A stretch of 43,572 bases of DNA from Trueperaceae bacterium (GCA_040905465.1 JBBDRK010000031.1:1-43572), one strand, 5' to 3'. Counted from the first letter of the stretch, positions 1 to 9,290 are shown. Notes: generated from the letters alone by a model not told the origin. Numbers and translations: made by a program.

Positions 1-701
1 GCCGGCAGCGCTTCCACCGCGTAGAGAATCCGCTCGCTGAAGCCGTTCGCGATGATGATCCCGCGCACTTCCCGGCCATCGGCGACCACTCGCTTTACCC
101 AGCCCAAATACCTGAGAATCTGACCGCAGACCTTGTCGTCGGCCTGCCCGGCCTTCAACTCGATTACGATCAGGCGGTCCTCGGCATCGACCGCCAGCAG
201 GTCGAGCCGTCCGACGATGCCGGTGTCTATCTGCTGGCCGCCCACTCCGTCGTGGTCGTAGAGCCTGAGACCCGGTTCCAATTGGTCGAGGCGAGCAAGC
301 AGCGTCTTCTCGAGGTCTCTTTCGAGGGACAGGCCGATTCCACTCAGCGCGTCCGACTCGGTTGCCGCCTCTTCTGCCGCCTCTTCGGCGATGAGCACGT
401 CTTCACTGTCGTCCTCGAGCCGCACTCCGTTACCGGTCACAATCCAGGTGCCGTCGCTCTCGGCGTTCCACAGCCGATAGCGCCCGTTCCCCAAGCTGAA
501 CAGGAAGGCGTGCTTCCGAAACGAAGGATAGTGATGACTCGACGAATGGTTGACGCTCAACCCGATCAGGTAGGCGGAAATCGTGTTGCGTTGCCAGGGC
601 TGGTCCGGGTATTTCGAATAGATCTGCGAGATGACGTCGCTCGTGGACAGAACGCGCCGCTCTCGGTCGAAGACCTCCTGTATTGCATCGCGACATGTCA
701 T
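1..701 (-). CDS. NucS/EndoMS-like PD-(D/E)xK endonuclease domain protein with N-terminal wHTH-like domain (3' end runs off window)
   Basis: Not in ORF track. Manual translation from ATG at 701: MTCRDAIQEVFDRERRVLSTSDVISQIYSKYPDQPWQRNTISAYLIGLSVNH...FLFSLGNGRYRLW, acidic linker, then LSLERDLEKTLLARLDQLEPGLRL...GRLDLLAVDAEDRLIVIELKAGQADDKVCGQILRYLGWV...VRGIIIA. The D..ELK..Q..RY pattern fits the NucS C-terminal domain. Confidence 0.85.
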   Translation of the reverse strand, partial: MTCRDAIQEVFDRERRVLSTSDVISQIYSKYPDQPWQRNTISAYLIGLSVNHSSSHHYPSFRKHAFLFSLGNGRYRLWNAESDGTWIVTGNGVRLEDDSEDVLIAEEAAEEAATESDALSGIGLSLERDLEKTLLARLDQLEPGLRLYDHDGVGGQQIDTGIVGRLDLLAVDAEDRLIVIELKAGQADDKVCGQILRYLGWVKRVVADGREVRGIIIANGFSERILYAVEALP

Positions 702-901
702 GTGGTGATGGTTGCATCGGCCGGCGGCGGCGTGAGTCAGATTGTTCTCGTTCTGCCGAACCTCAACGGCGGGCAGCATTCGTGTTCCAGAACCCGCGAA
801 CAGGACGGATGCCCTTGCTAGCATTCGAGGACCGCGAACAACTACCAGGTTGTTCTACCCGCCCCTGCGAAAACCCGCCCCCTGCTATAAGAGGAGGCTC
901 T

Positions 902-1930
902 ATGAAGTTGAAACTGATCCTGGCCGCGTCCGTATTGCTTGCGGCACTATCGGGAGTGGCTGTGGCTCAAGACAGGGCGATGCCTGGCGACGGTGCTACC
1001 GTCGAGCCCGGAATCGACGTTTCGCTATCGGCTTTCCCCATCGAAGCCATCTTCCGGATACTCCTCGAAGAACTCGGATACGACGTCGGGGACCCAGCCA
1101 CTCTCTCCAACCCGATTTTCTACCAGGGAGTTGCTCAAGGCGACATCGACTATTGGGCAAACGGCTGGTTTCCACTTCATTTCGCACATCTTCCAGACGA
1201 CTTCGAGGAGCAGGCCTCGATCGTCGGGACAATCGTTGAGTCCGGCGGCATTCAGGGTTATCTGGTGAGTAAGGCGGCTGCCGAGGAATACGACATCACC
1301 TCGCTGGACGACTTCAAACGACCAGAAGTAAAGGCTGCTTTCGACGACAACGGTGATGGCAAGGCCGACCTTACCGCTTGCCCAACTGGCACCGGCTGTG
1401 AAATCGTCATCGAGTATCACCTGGATGTCTACGACTTGCGTGATCACGTCAATCCCATAAAGGCCAACTACACGGCAGCGTTTGCCGATGCCGTGGCGCG
1501 CTACCGCAGTGGCGAGCCGGTTTTCTTCTACACCTGGACGCCGAACTTCACCATTCTTGAGCTGGTGCCGGGTGAAGACGTGGTGTGGATAAACGTTCCG
1601 GAGATCATCCCGACCGAAGATCAGGAAGGTTTGGAGGACGCTATGGTCGTCGAGGGACTGGAGGGGGCTGTGACAGACCCCATCCAGCTGGGCTTTGTCG
1701 TCAACGATATAAGCGCGGTGGCCAACAACCGGTTTCTCGAACAGAATCCGGCAGCGAGGCGGCTCTTCGAGCTGATCGAAGTCCCGCTGGAGGACATATC
1801 CGACATGTCGGCTCGAATCAGCGAAGGTGAAGACGCACCCGGACAGATAGAGTCGATGGCGGCGGATTGGATTGCCGAACACCAGGAGCAGGTAGACGAT
1901 TGGCTGGACGAAGCCAGATCTGCCGATTAG
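902..1930 (+). CDS. proX: Glycine betaine/proline ABC transporter substrate-binding protein
   Basis: RBS GAGGAGG, signal peptide ending AVAQ, WFPLH, IQGYLV, FDDNGDGKADLTACPTGTGC, FFYTWTPN typical of ProX. Confidence 0.85.
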   Translation: MKLKLILAASVLLAALSGVAVAQDRAMPGDGATVEPGIDVSLSAFPIEAIFRILLEELGYDVGDPATLSNPIFYQGVAQGDIDYWANGWFPLHFAHLPDDFEEQASIVGTIVESGGIQGYLVSKAAAEEYDITSLDDFKRPEVKAAFDDNGDGKADLTACPTGTGCEIVIEYHLDVYDLRDHVNPIKANYTAAFADAVARYRSGEPVFFYTWTPNFTILELVPGEDVVWINVPEIIPTEDQEGLEDAMVVEGLEGAVTDPIQLGFVVNDISAVANNRFLEQNPAARRLFELIEVPLEDISDMSARISEGEDAPGQIESMAADWIAEHQEQVDDWLDEARSAD

Positions 1931-2040
1931 GAGCAGTATCGCAAGGTGTGCGCGTCCGCGCGATGCGTCGGGCGGCGGCTTGGACGCCATGTTGTGTGGG
2001 CCAGGGCGACGGAGCATCGGCGCCACAAGGAGCAAGAAAC

Positions 2041-3072
2041 ATGTTGAAGATCATCGATTCCGCGATCCAGCTGACCCTCGTCCTGGCGATGGTGTCCGGC
2101 GCGTTCGCTCAGAGCCAGTCCAGATTCGACGTGGTCCAGGACCGCGGCCACCTCATCTGCGGCGTCCACGACTCCAAGCCCGGGTTCGGCGTGCTCAACG
2201 AGCAGGGCGTCTACGCCGGCTTCGATACCGACTTCTGTCGCGCCGTGGCAGCGGCGATCTTCGATGACCCGAGCAAGGTCGAGTTCGTTCCGCTGAACTC
2301 CTCCACCCGTTTCACCGCGATCCAGTCGGGCGAAGTGGACGTCGTCTTCCGCAGTACCGCCCACACCTCCAGGAGCGACGCCGGCGTCGACTTCGGACCT
2401 GTCAACTTCTACGACGGGCAAGGCGTGATGATCGGGGCCGACCTGCCGGTCGAGTCGATAACCGACCTCGGAGGCGCCGTCATCTGTACTGCCCAGGGAT
2501 CTGCTTCGGAGCGGAACATCACCGACTACATGCGGGCGCGGGACGTCGAGTTCGAACTCGTGACCTACCAGGATTTCGACCGCGTGATGTCGGTGTTCGA
2601 GGAAGGCCGCTGCGACGCGTTCACCGGCGACCGGTCGGTGTTGGTCTCCCGCAAGGCGATCGCTTCTGACCCGAGCGCGTTCCGCATCCTCTCGGAAACC
2701 ATATCCAAGGAGCCGTTGGCGCCGGTCGTCGCCCAGAACGACTCGGCCTGGCTGGACGTGGTGAGCTGGGTGGTGTTCGCCACCATTACCGCCGAGGAGT
2801 TGGGAATCACTCAGGAAAACGTGGATTCGTTTGCCGACACCGACTCCGACGCAGACGCCCCGAGCATCCGCCGGTTCCTCGGCATCGCCGGGGACACCGG
2901 GGAGAGCATCGGCCTTAGCGACGACTTCGCCGCGCGGATTATCCGTGCCGTAGGCAACTACGGCGAGATCTACGAACGTCACCTGGGGCCGGACACCGCC
3001 TTCGACCTGCCCCGCGGTGTCAACTCGCTCCACACCGATGGTGGGCTGATGTACTCGCCTCCTTTCCGCTGA
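2041..3072 (+). CDS. General L-amino acid ABC transporter substrate-binding protein (AapJ/BztA family)
   Basis: GFDTDFCRAVAAAIF, RFTAIQSGEVDV, FYDGQG, ISKEPLAPVV, VGNYGEIYERHLG, GGLMYSPPFR; RBS AGGAG upstream. Confidence 0.88.
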   Translation: MLKIIDSAIQLTLVLAMVSGAFAQSQSRFDVVQDRGHLICGVHDSKPGFGVLNEQGVYAGFDTDFCRAVAAAIFDDPSKVEFVPLNSSTRFTAIQSGEVDVVFRSTAHTSRSDAGVDFGPVNFYDGQGVMIGADLPVESITDLGGAVICTAQGSASERNITDYMRARDVEFELVTYQDFDRVMSVFEEGRCDAFTGDRSVLVSRKAIASDPSAFRILSETISKEPLAPVVAQNDSAWLDVVSWVVFATITAEELGITQENVDSFADTDSDADAPSIRRFLGIAGDTGESIGLSDDFAARIIRAVGNYGEIYERHLGPDTAFDLPRGVNSLHTDGGLMYSPPFR

Positions 3073-3082
3073 CCGTGGCTCC

Positions 3083-3115
3083 ATGGGCCGGCAGCGAACT
3101 GCTGCCGACCCATTT
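3083..3115 (+). terminator. Probable intrinsic terminator hairpin
   Basis: ATGGGcCGGCAGC-gaact-GCTGCCGaCCCAT followed by a short T run, 10 nt after the stop codon. Confidence 0.5.
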
Positions 3116-3256
3116 CCAATCCCCGCAGGTCTTTCACTTGCAGTAGATCCGCTTGCCAGGACATAACGATCGCCGTGATCTACTGCGTCTTCTCGAATGC
3201 CATGTCATCGACAAGTCGTGCGCTGGAGGAGGGGTTGGAGCGGGGCAGAAGGGCAC

Positions 3257-3265
3257 TGCTATAAT
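3257..3265 (+). promoter_or_regulatory. Extended -10 promoter element
   Basis: TGcTATAAT consensus about 45 nt upstream of the 3311 start. Confidence 0.55.
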
Positions 3266-3310
3266 CTCGGATCGTTCGATTGTTGCTTCGACAAGGAGTG
3301 TGACGAATAG

Positions 3311-3892
3311 ATGGCCGAGGTAATGCTCTTCCACCACGCACAGGGGCTGACTACAGGCGTAGCAGCCTTCGCCGACGAGTTGCGCGGCGCCGGGCACACC
3401 GTGCACACGCCTGACCTGTACGACGGCCGGACCTTCGCCACCCTCGACGAGGGGGTCGCGCATGCCAAGGAGATCGGCTTCGGTGAGGTAGCCGAGCGCG
3501 GCATCAGTGCGGTCGAGGCACTGCCCGCCGAGCTCGTGTACGCCGGGTTCTCGCTCGGGGTGGTTCCGGCCCAGAGGTTGGCTCAGACCCGGGAGGGGGC
3601 CCGTGGCGCTCTGCTGGTTTCGGCCTGCCTCCCTCGCTCGGAGTTCGGGCCGTCGTGGCCCGCCACCGTGCCCGTACAGATCCACGGAAAGGAGGACGAC
3701 CCGGAGTTCGCCAACGAGTGGGATCTGGCTGCCGCACGCGCGATAGTTGACGAGGCTGCCGCCGCCGAGTTGTTCCTCTACCCTGGCGACCAGCACCTGT
3801 TCGCCGACAGCTCGCTCTCGTCGTACGACCCGGACGCCGCCGCGCTACTGAGCCGGCGGGTGCTCGATTTCCTGGCCGACACCTCAACCTGA
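3311..3892 (+). CDS. Dienelactone hydrolase family alpha/beta hydrolase
   Basis: LFHHAQG, GFSLG nucleophile elbow, QIHGKEDD, YPGDQHLF. Confidence 0.85.
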   Translation: MAEVMLFHHAQGLTTGVAAFADELRGAGHTVHTPDLYDGRTFATLDEGVAHAKEIGFGEVAERGISAVEALPAELVYAGFSLGVVPAQRLAQTREGARGALLVSACLPRSEFGPSWPATVPVQIHGKEDDPEFANEWDLAAARAIVDEAAAAELFLYPGDQHLFADSSLSSYDPDAAALLSRRVLDFLADTST

Positions 3893-3895
3893 GTT

Positions 3896-4630
3896 ATGGC
3901 TCGTGCGCACATCGGTACCAGCGGCTGGAGCTACAAGGGCTGGAAGGAGGACTTCCTCGGCGGAGTCCCCAAGTCCGAGTGGCTGAGCTATTGCGCCGAG
4001 CGGTTCACGGGAATCGAAGTGAACGGGACCTTCTACCGGCTCCAGGCGCGAGACACGTACCGCAAGTGGCGCGACGAGACGCCGCGCGAGTTCCGTTTTG
4101 CGATCAAGGGGCACAGGTACGTGACGCACAACAAGAAACTCGGCGAGGTCGACGACTCGATCGCGCTGGTGAAGGAGCGTGCGGAGGCGATGGGGGAGAA
4201 GCTTGCGGTGGTCCTGTGGCAGCTTCCCGCCAACTTCGGCAAGAAGATGGAGAAGCTGGAGAGGTTCCTGAGCGGGCTCGAGTCGTGGCAGGAGGTTCGG
4301 CACTCGATCGAGTTTCGCGACAGGAGCTGGTTCGACGAGGAGGTGGCGGAGCGCCTGAGTGGCGGCAAAGTGGCCGTATGCCAGTCGGACGCTCCGGACT
4401 TCCCACTGTGGGACGAGGTGACGACCGACCTCGTCTACGTCCGGCTGCACGGCCACACCCGCAAGTACGCTTCGAAGTACGGCGGCCGGCTACTGGACGA
4501 GTGGGCAGAGAAGACCCGCGACTGGTTGGAAGAGGGGCGCGACGTGCACGTCTACTTCGACAACGACGCCGAGGGGCACGCGCCCTGGGATGCGCTGAGG
4601 CTGCTGGAGAGAGTCGGTTTCAAGCGGTAA
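3896..4630 (+). CDS. DUF72 (YecE) family protein
   Basis: IGTSGWSY, EVNGTFYR, LWQLP, EFRDRSW, YVRLHG, YFDND motifs. Confidence 0.9.
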   Translation: MARAHIGTSGWSYKGWKEDFLGGVPKSEWLSYCAERFTGIEVNGTFYRLQARDTYRKWRDETPREFRFAIKGHRYVTHNKKLGEVDDSIALVKERAEAMGEKLAVVLWQLPANFGKKMEKLERFLSGLESWQEVRHSIEFRDRSWFDEEVAERLSGGKVAVCQSDAPDFPLWDEVTTDLVYVRLHGHTRKYASKYGGRLLDEWAEKTRDWLEEGRDVHVYFDNDAEGHAPWDALRLLERVGFKR

Positions 4631-4638
4631 GGCATGCA

Positions 4639-4896
4639 TCACCGATACGCGTCCTTGCGCTGACTTGCCTTGACAATGGTAATCAGCAGTTCGTCGTCTT
4701 CGATCTCGTAAAGAATCCGGTACACGCCTTGGCAAAGGCGGTACCTCTCCTGCCCGGCGAGCTCGATGCTGCCACGAAGTCTTGGGCCGTCGGTCAGGCC
4801 CTCTATTCGAGACAGGATCTTGCCGGCTCGATCTTTGGATATGTCCCTGAAGTCCTTGAGGACCGACTCTCTGAATACCAGCTTATATTTTGCCAA
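4639..4896 (-). CDS. Type II toxin, RelE/ParE family
   Basis: 85 aa; GSIELAGQERYRLCQGVYRILYEIEDDELLITIVK...RKDAY; overlaps the antitoxin stop. Confidence 0.85.
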   Translation of the reverse strand: MAKYKLVFRESVLKDFRDISKDRAGKILSRIEGLTDGPRLRGSIELAGQERYRLCQGVYRILYEIEDDELLITIVKASQRKDAYR

Positions 4897-5116
4897 GCGA
4901 TTTCAGCTCGTCCAGGAACTGCTCGTAGCTCAGGGTCGGCTCGGACGCTCGCCTGCCGAACTCTGCCAGGTCCTCCTGGTCCTCGACAAGCGACTCGAGC
5001 ACGGCGTCGTTCACGAGGTCTGAAAGCGAACGGTCACTGGTAGCCGACTTCAATCGCAAGGCCCTGTGAATGTCAGGATCGAAGTAAACAGTCGCGCGCT
5101 TGGACGCCTTAGTCAT
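4883..5116 (-). CDS. Antitoxin, CopG/ribbon-helix-helix family
   Basis: 77 aa; KRATVYFDPDIHRALRLK...SLSDLVNDAV; acidic C-terminus; directly upstream of the toxin. Confidence 0.85.
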   Translation of the reverse strand: MTKASKRATVYFDPDIHRALRLKSATSDRSLSDLVNDAVLESLVEDQEDLAEFGRRASEPTLSYEQFLDELKSLGKI

Positions 5117-5125
5117 AAGGCCATT

Positions 5126-5154
5126 ATGTTAGCTTTGTAGCGTTTTGACGTCAA
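5126..5154 (-). promoter_or_regulatory. Sigma70-like promoter/operator of the TA operon
   Basis: On minus strand TTGACG-17 bp-TAACAT, 9 nt before ATG with no RBS; palindrome TTGACGTCAA (5145-5154) overlaps the -35. Confidence 0.55.
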
Positions 5155-5242
5155 GACGGTGCAACGTTGAGGAATTCCGGTTTCCTCTAGTGGGGTGGTT
5201 CCGCCGGCGCTTCAGCCAGCCTGCCACCAGAGGGGACCTGTG

Positions 5243-5986
5243 ATGTTGCCGACCATCGCACTGGTAGTAGGTTGTGCCCTCATCGGCACCAGCGTGGGTG
5301 TGTCGGGTATCGGCGGCTTCCTGATCGTGCCGGCAATGTTGCTCCTCACCGATTCGACGCCGGCAGAGGCAGTCCTTACCGCATTACTCGCCAACGTGGC
5401 CGCTACCTTGGCGACCGGCACGGTCGCCGTGGTCCGGCGCCACGTCCTGTGGAGGGTCTTCGGCTGGCTGTCGTTGGGCGGCAGCGCCGCAGCCCTCGGC
5501 AGCGCCTGGTTGGTGAGCAATCTGTCCCCACAGATAACCCGGGTGATCGTCGCTCTGTTCCTGGTGGCCATCGGAATGGTCGTGTTGTTCGGTCGTCAGC
5601 GCCCTCGCGTGGGGCGGCGGGCGGTGAAAACTCTCGAGACAGTGGGAATCGGCGCCCTCGCCCAGTTGTCGGCGGTGCTGGCCGGAATCGGCGGACCGGC
5701 GGTCACGGTACCGGCGCTGACCGCTCAAGGCCAGAACCAGGTGATGGCCATTGGAACGGGTCTGCTGCACGGCGTCGTCATCAGCATCGTCGGCATCGTC
5801 GTTCTGCTGGGGGCCAGCGGGGCGGTGCAGCCTACAGTCGAGCTGGTTCTCTTCCCGGCAATCGTCGTAGCGTTCGCGTTTCTGGCCAACCTCCTGCGGT
5901 CGCGTTTCACATCACAGCCCCTGATAAGGAGGATCGTCGGCCTCTCTTCTGTGGCCGGCGGCGTTTTTACCCTGCTCACTGTTTGA
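5243..5986 (+). CDS. TauE/SafE (TSUP) family membrane transporter
   Basis: About 8 hydrophobic segments; repeated GIGG motif (GVSGIGGFLIVP, LAGIGGPAVTVP). Confidence 0.75.
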   Translation: MLPTIALVVGCALIGTSVGVSGIGGFLIVPAMLLLTDSTPAEAVLTALLANVAATLATGTVAVVRRHVLWRVFGWLSLGGSAAALGSAWLVSNLSPQITRVIVALFLVAIGMVVLFGRQRPRVGRRAVKTLETVGIGALAQLSAVLAGIGGPAVTVPALTAQGQNQVMAIGTGLLHGVVISIVGIVVLLGASGAVQPTVELVLFPAIVVAFAFLANLLRSRFTSQPLIRRIVGLSSVAGGVFTLLTV

Positions 5987-6021
5987 CCGACCAGATGTTC
6001 GGATCGTAAACAGGTGAGACA

Positions 6022-7233
6022 CTACGCTTCGTTCCAGCGGAGCGCCAGCCTCCCCTCGCTAGTGAGCTCCACCCGACCGCCGAAGCGGCGGCACTCGCGG
6101 TCGAGCCTCTGGCCGATCCAGCGGGCCTCCTCGTCGCCGGCTTGCTCGAGCCGGAAGCAGCGAATCCGCATCGGCGCCATCTCGAGCGAAGCCAACGAGC
6201 CCGAGCGGTCGAGCTCGGGAAAGTACATCAGCGTGATCTCGCTGCGGAACTCGGGGTGCCCGCCGATCCCCTCGTAGTCGTTGAACAGGTCACCGGCGCC
6301 GTAGAGTATTGGCCGCCCCCGGTACACCTCGATAGCCTTGGGATGGTGCGACGAGTGTCCGTGGACCACGTCGGCTGCGCCGGCGTCGATCAGACGGTGG
6401 GCGAACTCCTGCTGCTCTTGCGGCACCTCGTAACCCCAGTTGCCGCCCCAGTGCAGGGAGACGATCACCCTGTCCCCGTCACGCCGGTGCCGCTCGACCT
6501 TCTCCGTCACGCGGGCGATCTGCCTCTCACCGAGTTGCGGAAGAACGTTCACGCCGGCCCGCTCCGCCGTCGCCTGCCAATCGCGCGGAACTCCCGCGCT
6601 GGGCGTTCCGTAGGAGAAGATCAGCAGCCGGCCGCTTTCAGGCTCGAGCACCGCAGGCTCTGACGCTTCGGCCTCGCTGCGGCCGGCACCGGGAACGGCG
6701 ATCCCCGCCCGCTCGAGGGTGGCGATCGTCTCCAGCAAGCCCTCGTGCCCCCAGTCGAGCACGTGATTGTTGCCGAGCGTGCACGCATCGAGTCCGGCAA
6801 CGGTAAGCAGCCGGGCGTTCTCGGGGTGCATGCGGTAGTGGATCCCCTTGCCCCGCCACCAGTCGTCGCTGGTGGTCACCGAGGTCTCCAGGTTGACTAT
6901 CCTCGCCGCCGGGTCGATCTCCTCCAGCACCTCGAGCGCGTCACCCCATGGATACCGGTACGACACAGGGGCACGGATCTCCCCGTTCTCCGTTTCCGCC
7001 AACTCGACGTAGCGGCGGGCGTCCTTCACGTACGGCTCGTGAAGTACAGGGTCGACCGAGTGCGCCAACACCTGGTCGATCCCTCTGCCGGTCATCAGGT
7101 CGCCGGCGAGGAAGAGGCGTAGCTGCCCGCCAGACGGCCCGGTCCGCCCGTGGACCACGTCCGCATTCGCTTGCCAAATCGAGAGCCCCAGCACCGCCCT
7201 GCCGCTCCAGCTCAGGAACTCGCGGCGTTTCAT
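6022..7233 (-). CDS. CapA/PGA_cap family metallophosphoesterase-like protein, Tat signal
   Basis: MKRREFL Tat motif; AGDLM, VNLET, GNNHVLDWG, SLHWG, HGHSSHH. Confidence 0.88.
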   Translation of the reverse strand: MKRREFLSWSGRAVLGLSIWQANADVVHGRTGPSGGQLRLFLAGDLMTGRGIDQVLAHSVDPVLHEPYVKDARRYVELAETENGEIRAPVSYRYPWGDALEVLEEIDPAARIVNLETSVTTSDDWWRGKGIHYRMHPENARLLTVAGLDACTLGNNHVLDWGHEGLLETIATLERAGIAVPGAGRSEAEASEPAVLEPESGRLLIFSYGTPSAGVPRDWQATAERAGVNVLPQLGERQIARVTEKVERHRRDGDRVIVSLHWGGNWGYEVPQEQQEFAHRLIDAGAADVVHGHSSHHPKAIEVYRGRPILYGAGDLFNDYEGIGGHPEFRSEITLMYFPELDRSGSLASLEMAPMRIRCFRLEQAGDEEARWIGQRLDRECRRFGGRVELTSEGRLALRWNEA

Positions 7234-7368
7234 GGGCGGTTCGGCTGACGGCCGTTCACTCCAGCTCTCGTCCCTCCGATTCCGAGCCTACTAGCCGATG
7301 CCTGCGGCAATTACGGGCCTAGAGACAGTCGCTGGTACGGGAGCGGGCTCGGCCGGTTGGAGCAATGC

Positions 7369-7776
7369 TCATGGGACTTCGAAGAGTCGTAGTTCCGGAA
7401 TGACACTTGCAAGCCGGAGGAAGTCTCGGTCGTTGTGGAGCAGGAGCAACTCGTTCTCTATCGCGATCTGCGCGATAAGGCAGTCGATCGTGCTTCGAAC
7501 AGTGATTCCCTGGTGCCGGCAGAGAAAGTAGAGCCTGGCTGCTTCAGCGTAGCTGTCGCGTCCGTTCGTGAGCCCGAAGAACCGCTGCGTCCGCAGGTAT
7601 GAATAGAGGCGTTCGAACTCTTCGTCCGTTGCTAGGCCCTGCAGCAACTCTTGGAGGATGATTTCGGTCAGTCCGAATGGGACTCCCCGTTCGACGAGTT
7701 CGTCTAGCGCCGCGGCTGCCGGCGTTTCGGTTCCGGAGAGGAAGTCTATCCAGGCCGAGGTGTCTACCAGGATCAA
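7369..7776 (-). CDS. vapC: PIN-domain toxin (VapC family)
   Basis: TTG start coupled to upstream TGA; ILVDTSAWIDF, LQELLQG, STIDCLIAQIA, LLHNDRDF; acidic tetrad intact. Confidence 0.88.
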   Translation of the reverse strand: MILVDTSAWIDFLSGTETPAAAALDELVERGVPFGLTEIILQELLQGLATDEEFERLYSYLRTQRFFGLTNGRDSYAEAARLYFLCRHQGITVRSTIDCLIAQIAIENELLLLHNDRDFLRLASVIPELRLFEVP

Positions 7777-7850
7777 TCCGCGTCCTCGCGGCGGAGGCGC
7801 TTGTGGTCGTAGCCACTGTGGAAGCGAACTTTGCCTCTTTGCCGGAAATC
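7773..7850 (-). pseudogene. C-terminal remnant of VapB antitoxin
   Basis: Frame ends ...RGKVRFHSGYDHKRLRREDAD*, resembling VapB C-termini, with TTGA overlap to vapC; no antitoxin-like N-terminus or plausible start before the divergent gene at 7930. Confidence 0.6.
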
Positions 7851-7929
7851 GGAGCGGCCAACGCCCTGACATGCGAACTCACCGGGTGTAGAGTGGGGAA
7901 AACAGCAGTACGAATCGAAGGAGGTTGCG

Positions 7930-9180
7930 ATGAGAAAGCTCATTCCGTCCCTTGCGACCCTCGTGGCGCTGCTCACGCTCGGGTCCGCGGTCGCCCAGGC
8001 GTCGCTCACGATCGAGAGTTGGCGCAACGACGACCTGGCGATCTGGCGGGATGTGATCATCCCGGCTTTCAACGAGGAGCACCCCGACATCCAGGTGACC
8101 TTCTCGCCCTCCGCGCCTGCCGAGTACAACGCGGTACTCAACTCCAAGCTGGAGGCGGGCAACGCCGGGGATCTGATCACCTGCCGGCCGTTCGACCTCT
8201 CCCTAGAGCAGTTTCAGCAGGGCCACCTCGAGTCGCTCAACGACCTGCCCGGCATGGAGAACTTCAGCGTGGTGGCCAAGAGTGCCTGGGTGACCGACGA
8301 CGGCTCGGACGTCTTCTGCGTGCCGATGGCCTCGGTGATACACGGGTTCATCTACAACCAGGCGATCTTCGACGAGTTGGGCCTGGAAGAGCCGGAAACC
8401 GAATCAGAATTCCTGGCGCTGCTCGACGAGGTCAAGCAGGACGGGAACTACGCCCCGTTGGTCATCGGGTCGGCCGATCAGTGGGAAGCCGCTACCATGG
8501 GCTACCAGAACATCGGCCCCAACTACTGGCAAGGCGAGGAGGGTCGTCTTGCCCTGATCGAGGGAACGATCGGGTACGACGAGGCCGGCTTCCTCGAAGC
8601 TTTCCGCGCGCTCGCCGATTGGGCTCCCTACCTGCCGGACGGCTACCAGGCGATGGCTTACCCTGACGCCCAGAACTTCTTCGGGCTGGGAATGGGAGCG
8701 ATATACCCGGCAGGCTCCTGGGATATCTCCGTTTTCAACGACATGACCGACTTTGAGATGGGCGCCTTCAAGCCGGCGGTCCCCGAAGGTCAGGACACCT
8801 GCTACATTAGCGACCACACCGACATCGCGATGGGCATCAACGCTGCCAGCGACAACAAGGAGGCCGCCAGGACCTTCCTCGAGTGGATGACCACTCAGGA
8901 CTTCGCCGAGATCTACTCGAATCAGCTTCCCGGTTTCTTCTCGCTCTCCAACCACGACGTCGAGCTCGAGGATCCGCTGGCGCGCGAGTTCGTGAGCTGG
9001 CGCAGCGAGTGCGAGTCCACCATCCGCTCGAGCTACCAGATCCTCTCCCGCGGCACGCCCAACAACGAGAACGACCTGTGGAACGCGAGCGCTCAGGTGC
9101 TCAACGGCACGCAGACGCCGGAACAGGCCGCGCAGGCGGTGCAGGAGGGCCTGGAGTCCTGGTACGAGCCCCAGCAGTAG
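7930..9180 (+). CDS. Carbohydrate ABC transporter substrate-binding protein
   Basis: Signal peptide ending AVAQ; IESWRNDD, AGDLITCRPFD, CVPMASVIHGFIYN; RBS GGAGG. Confidence 0.9.
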   Translation: MRKLIPSLATLVALLTLGSAVAQASLTIESWRNDDLAIWRDVIIPAFNEEHPDIQVTFSPSAPAEYNAVLNSKLEAGNAGDLITCRPFDLSLEQFQQGHLESLNDLPGMENFSVVAKSAWVTDDGSDVFCVPMASVIHGFIYNQAIFDELGLEEPETESEFLALLDEVKQDGNYAPLVIGSADQWEAATMGYQNIGPNYWQGEEGRLALIEGTIGYDEAGFLEAFRALADWAPYLPDGYQAMAYPDAQNFFGLGMGAIYPAGSWDISVFNDMTDFEMGAFKPAVPEGQDTCYISDHTDIAMGINAASDNKEAARTFLEWMTTQDFAEIYSNQLPGFFSLSNHDVELEDPLAREFVSWRSECESTIRSSYQILSRGTPNNENDLWNASAQVLNGTQTPEQAAQAVQEGLESWYEPQQ

Positions 9181-9209
9181 GTTCGGGTTTCTCTCTCTGA
9201 GATGTGCGA

Positions 9210-9233
9210 GGGGCGGGCCGATCGGCCCGCCCC
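9210..9233. terminator. GC-rich perfect palindrome/stem-loop after the SBP gene (mRNA stabiliser or attenuator)
   Basis: GGGGCGGGCCGATCGGCCCGCCCC, 24-bp perfect inverted repeat. Confidence 0.6.
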
Positions 9234-9290
9234 GGTCTTTGTGCCGGTTGCCCGGGCCACCCGCGTGGGCTACCGAGGGATAATGAAGCC

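Noticed and set aside
252-821. 189-aa plus-strand ORF
   Set aside because: Antisense shadow of the real minus-strand NucS-like gene; no recognisable motifs
6022-7233. Poly-gamma-glutamate capsule locus
   Set aside because: CapA-domain gene is alone, with no capB/capC
7773-8180. 135-aa minus-strand ORF as a full antitoxin
   Set aside because: Most of it is antisense to the sugar SBP gene; only the last ~25 codons look VapB-like
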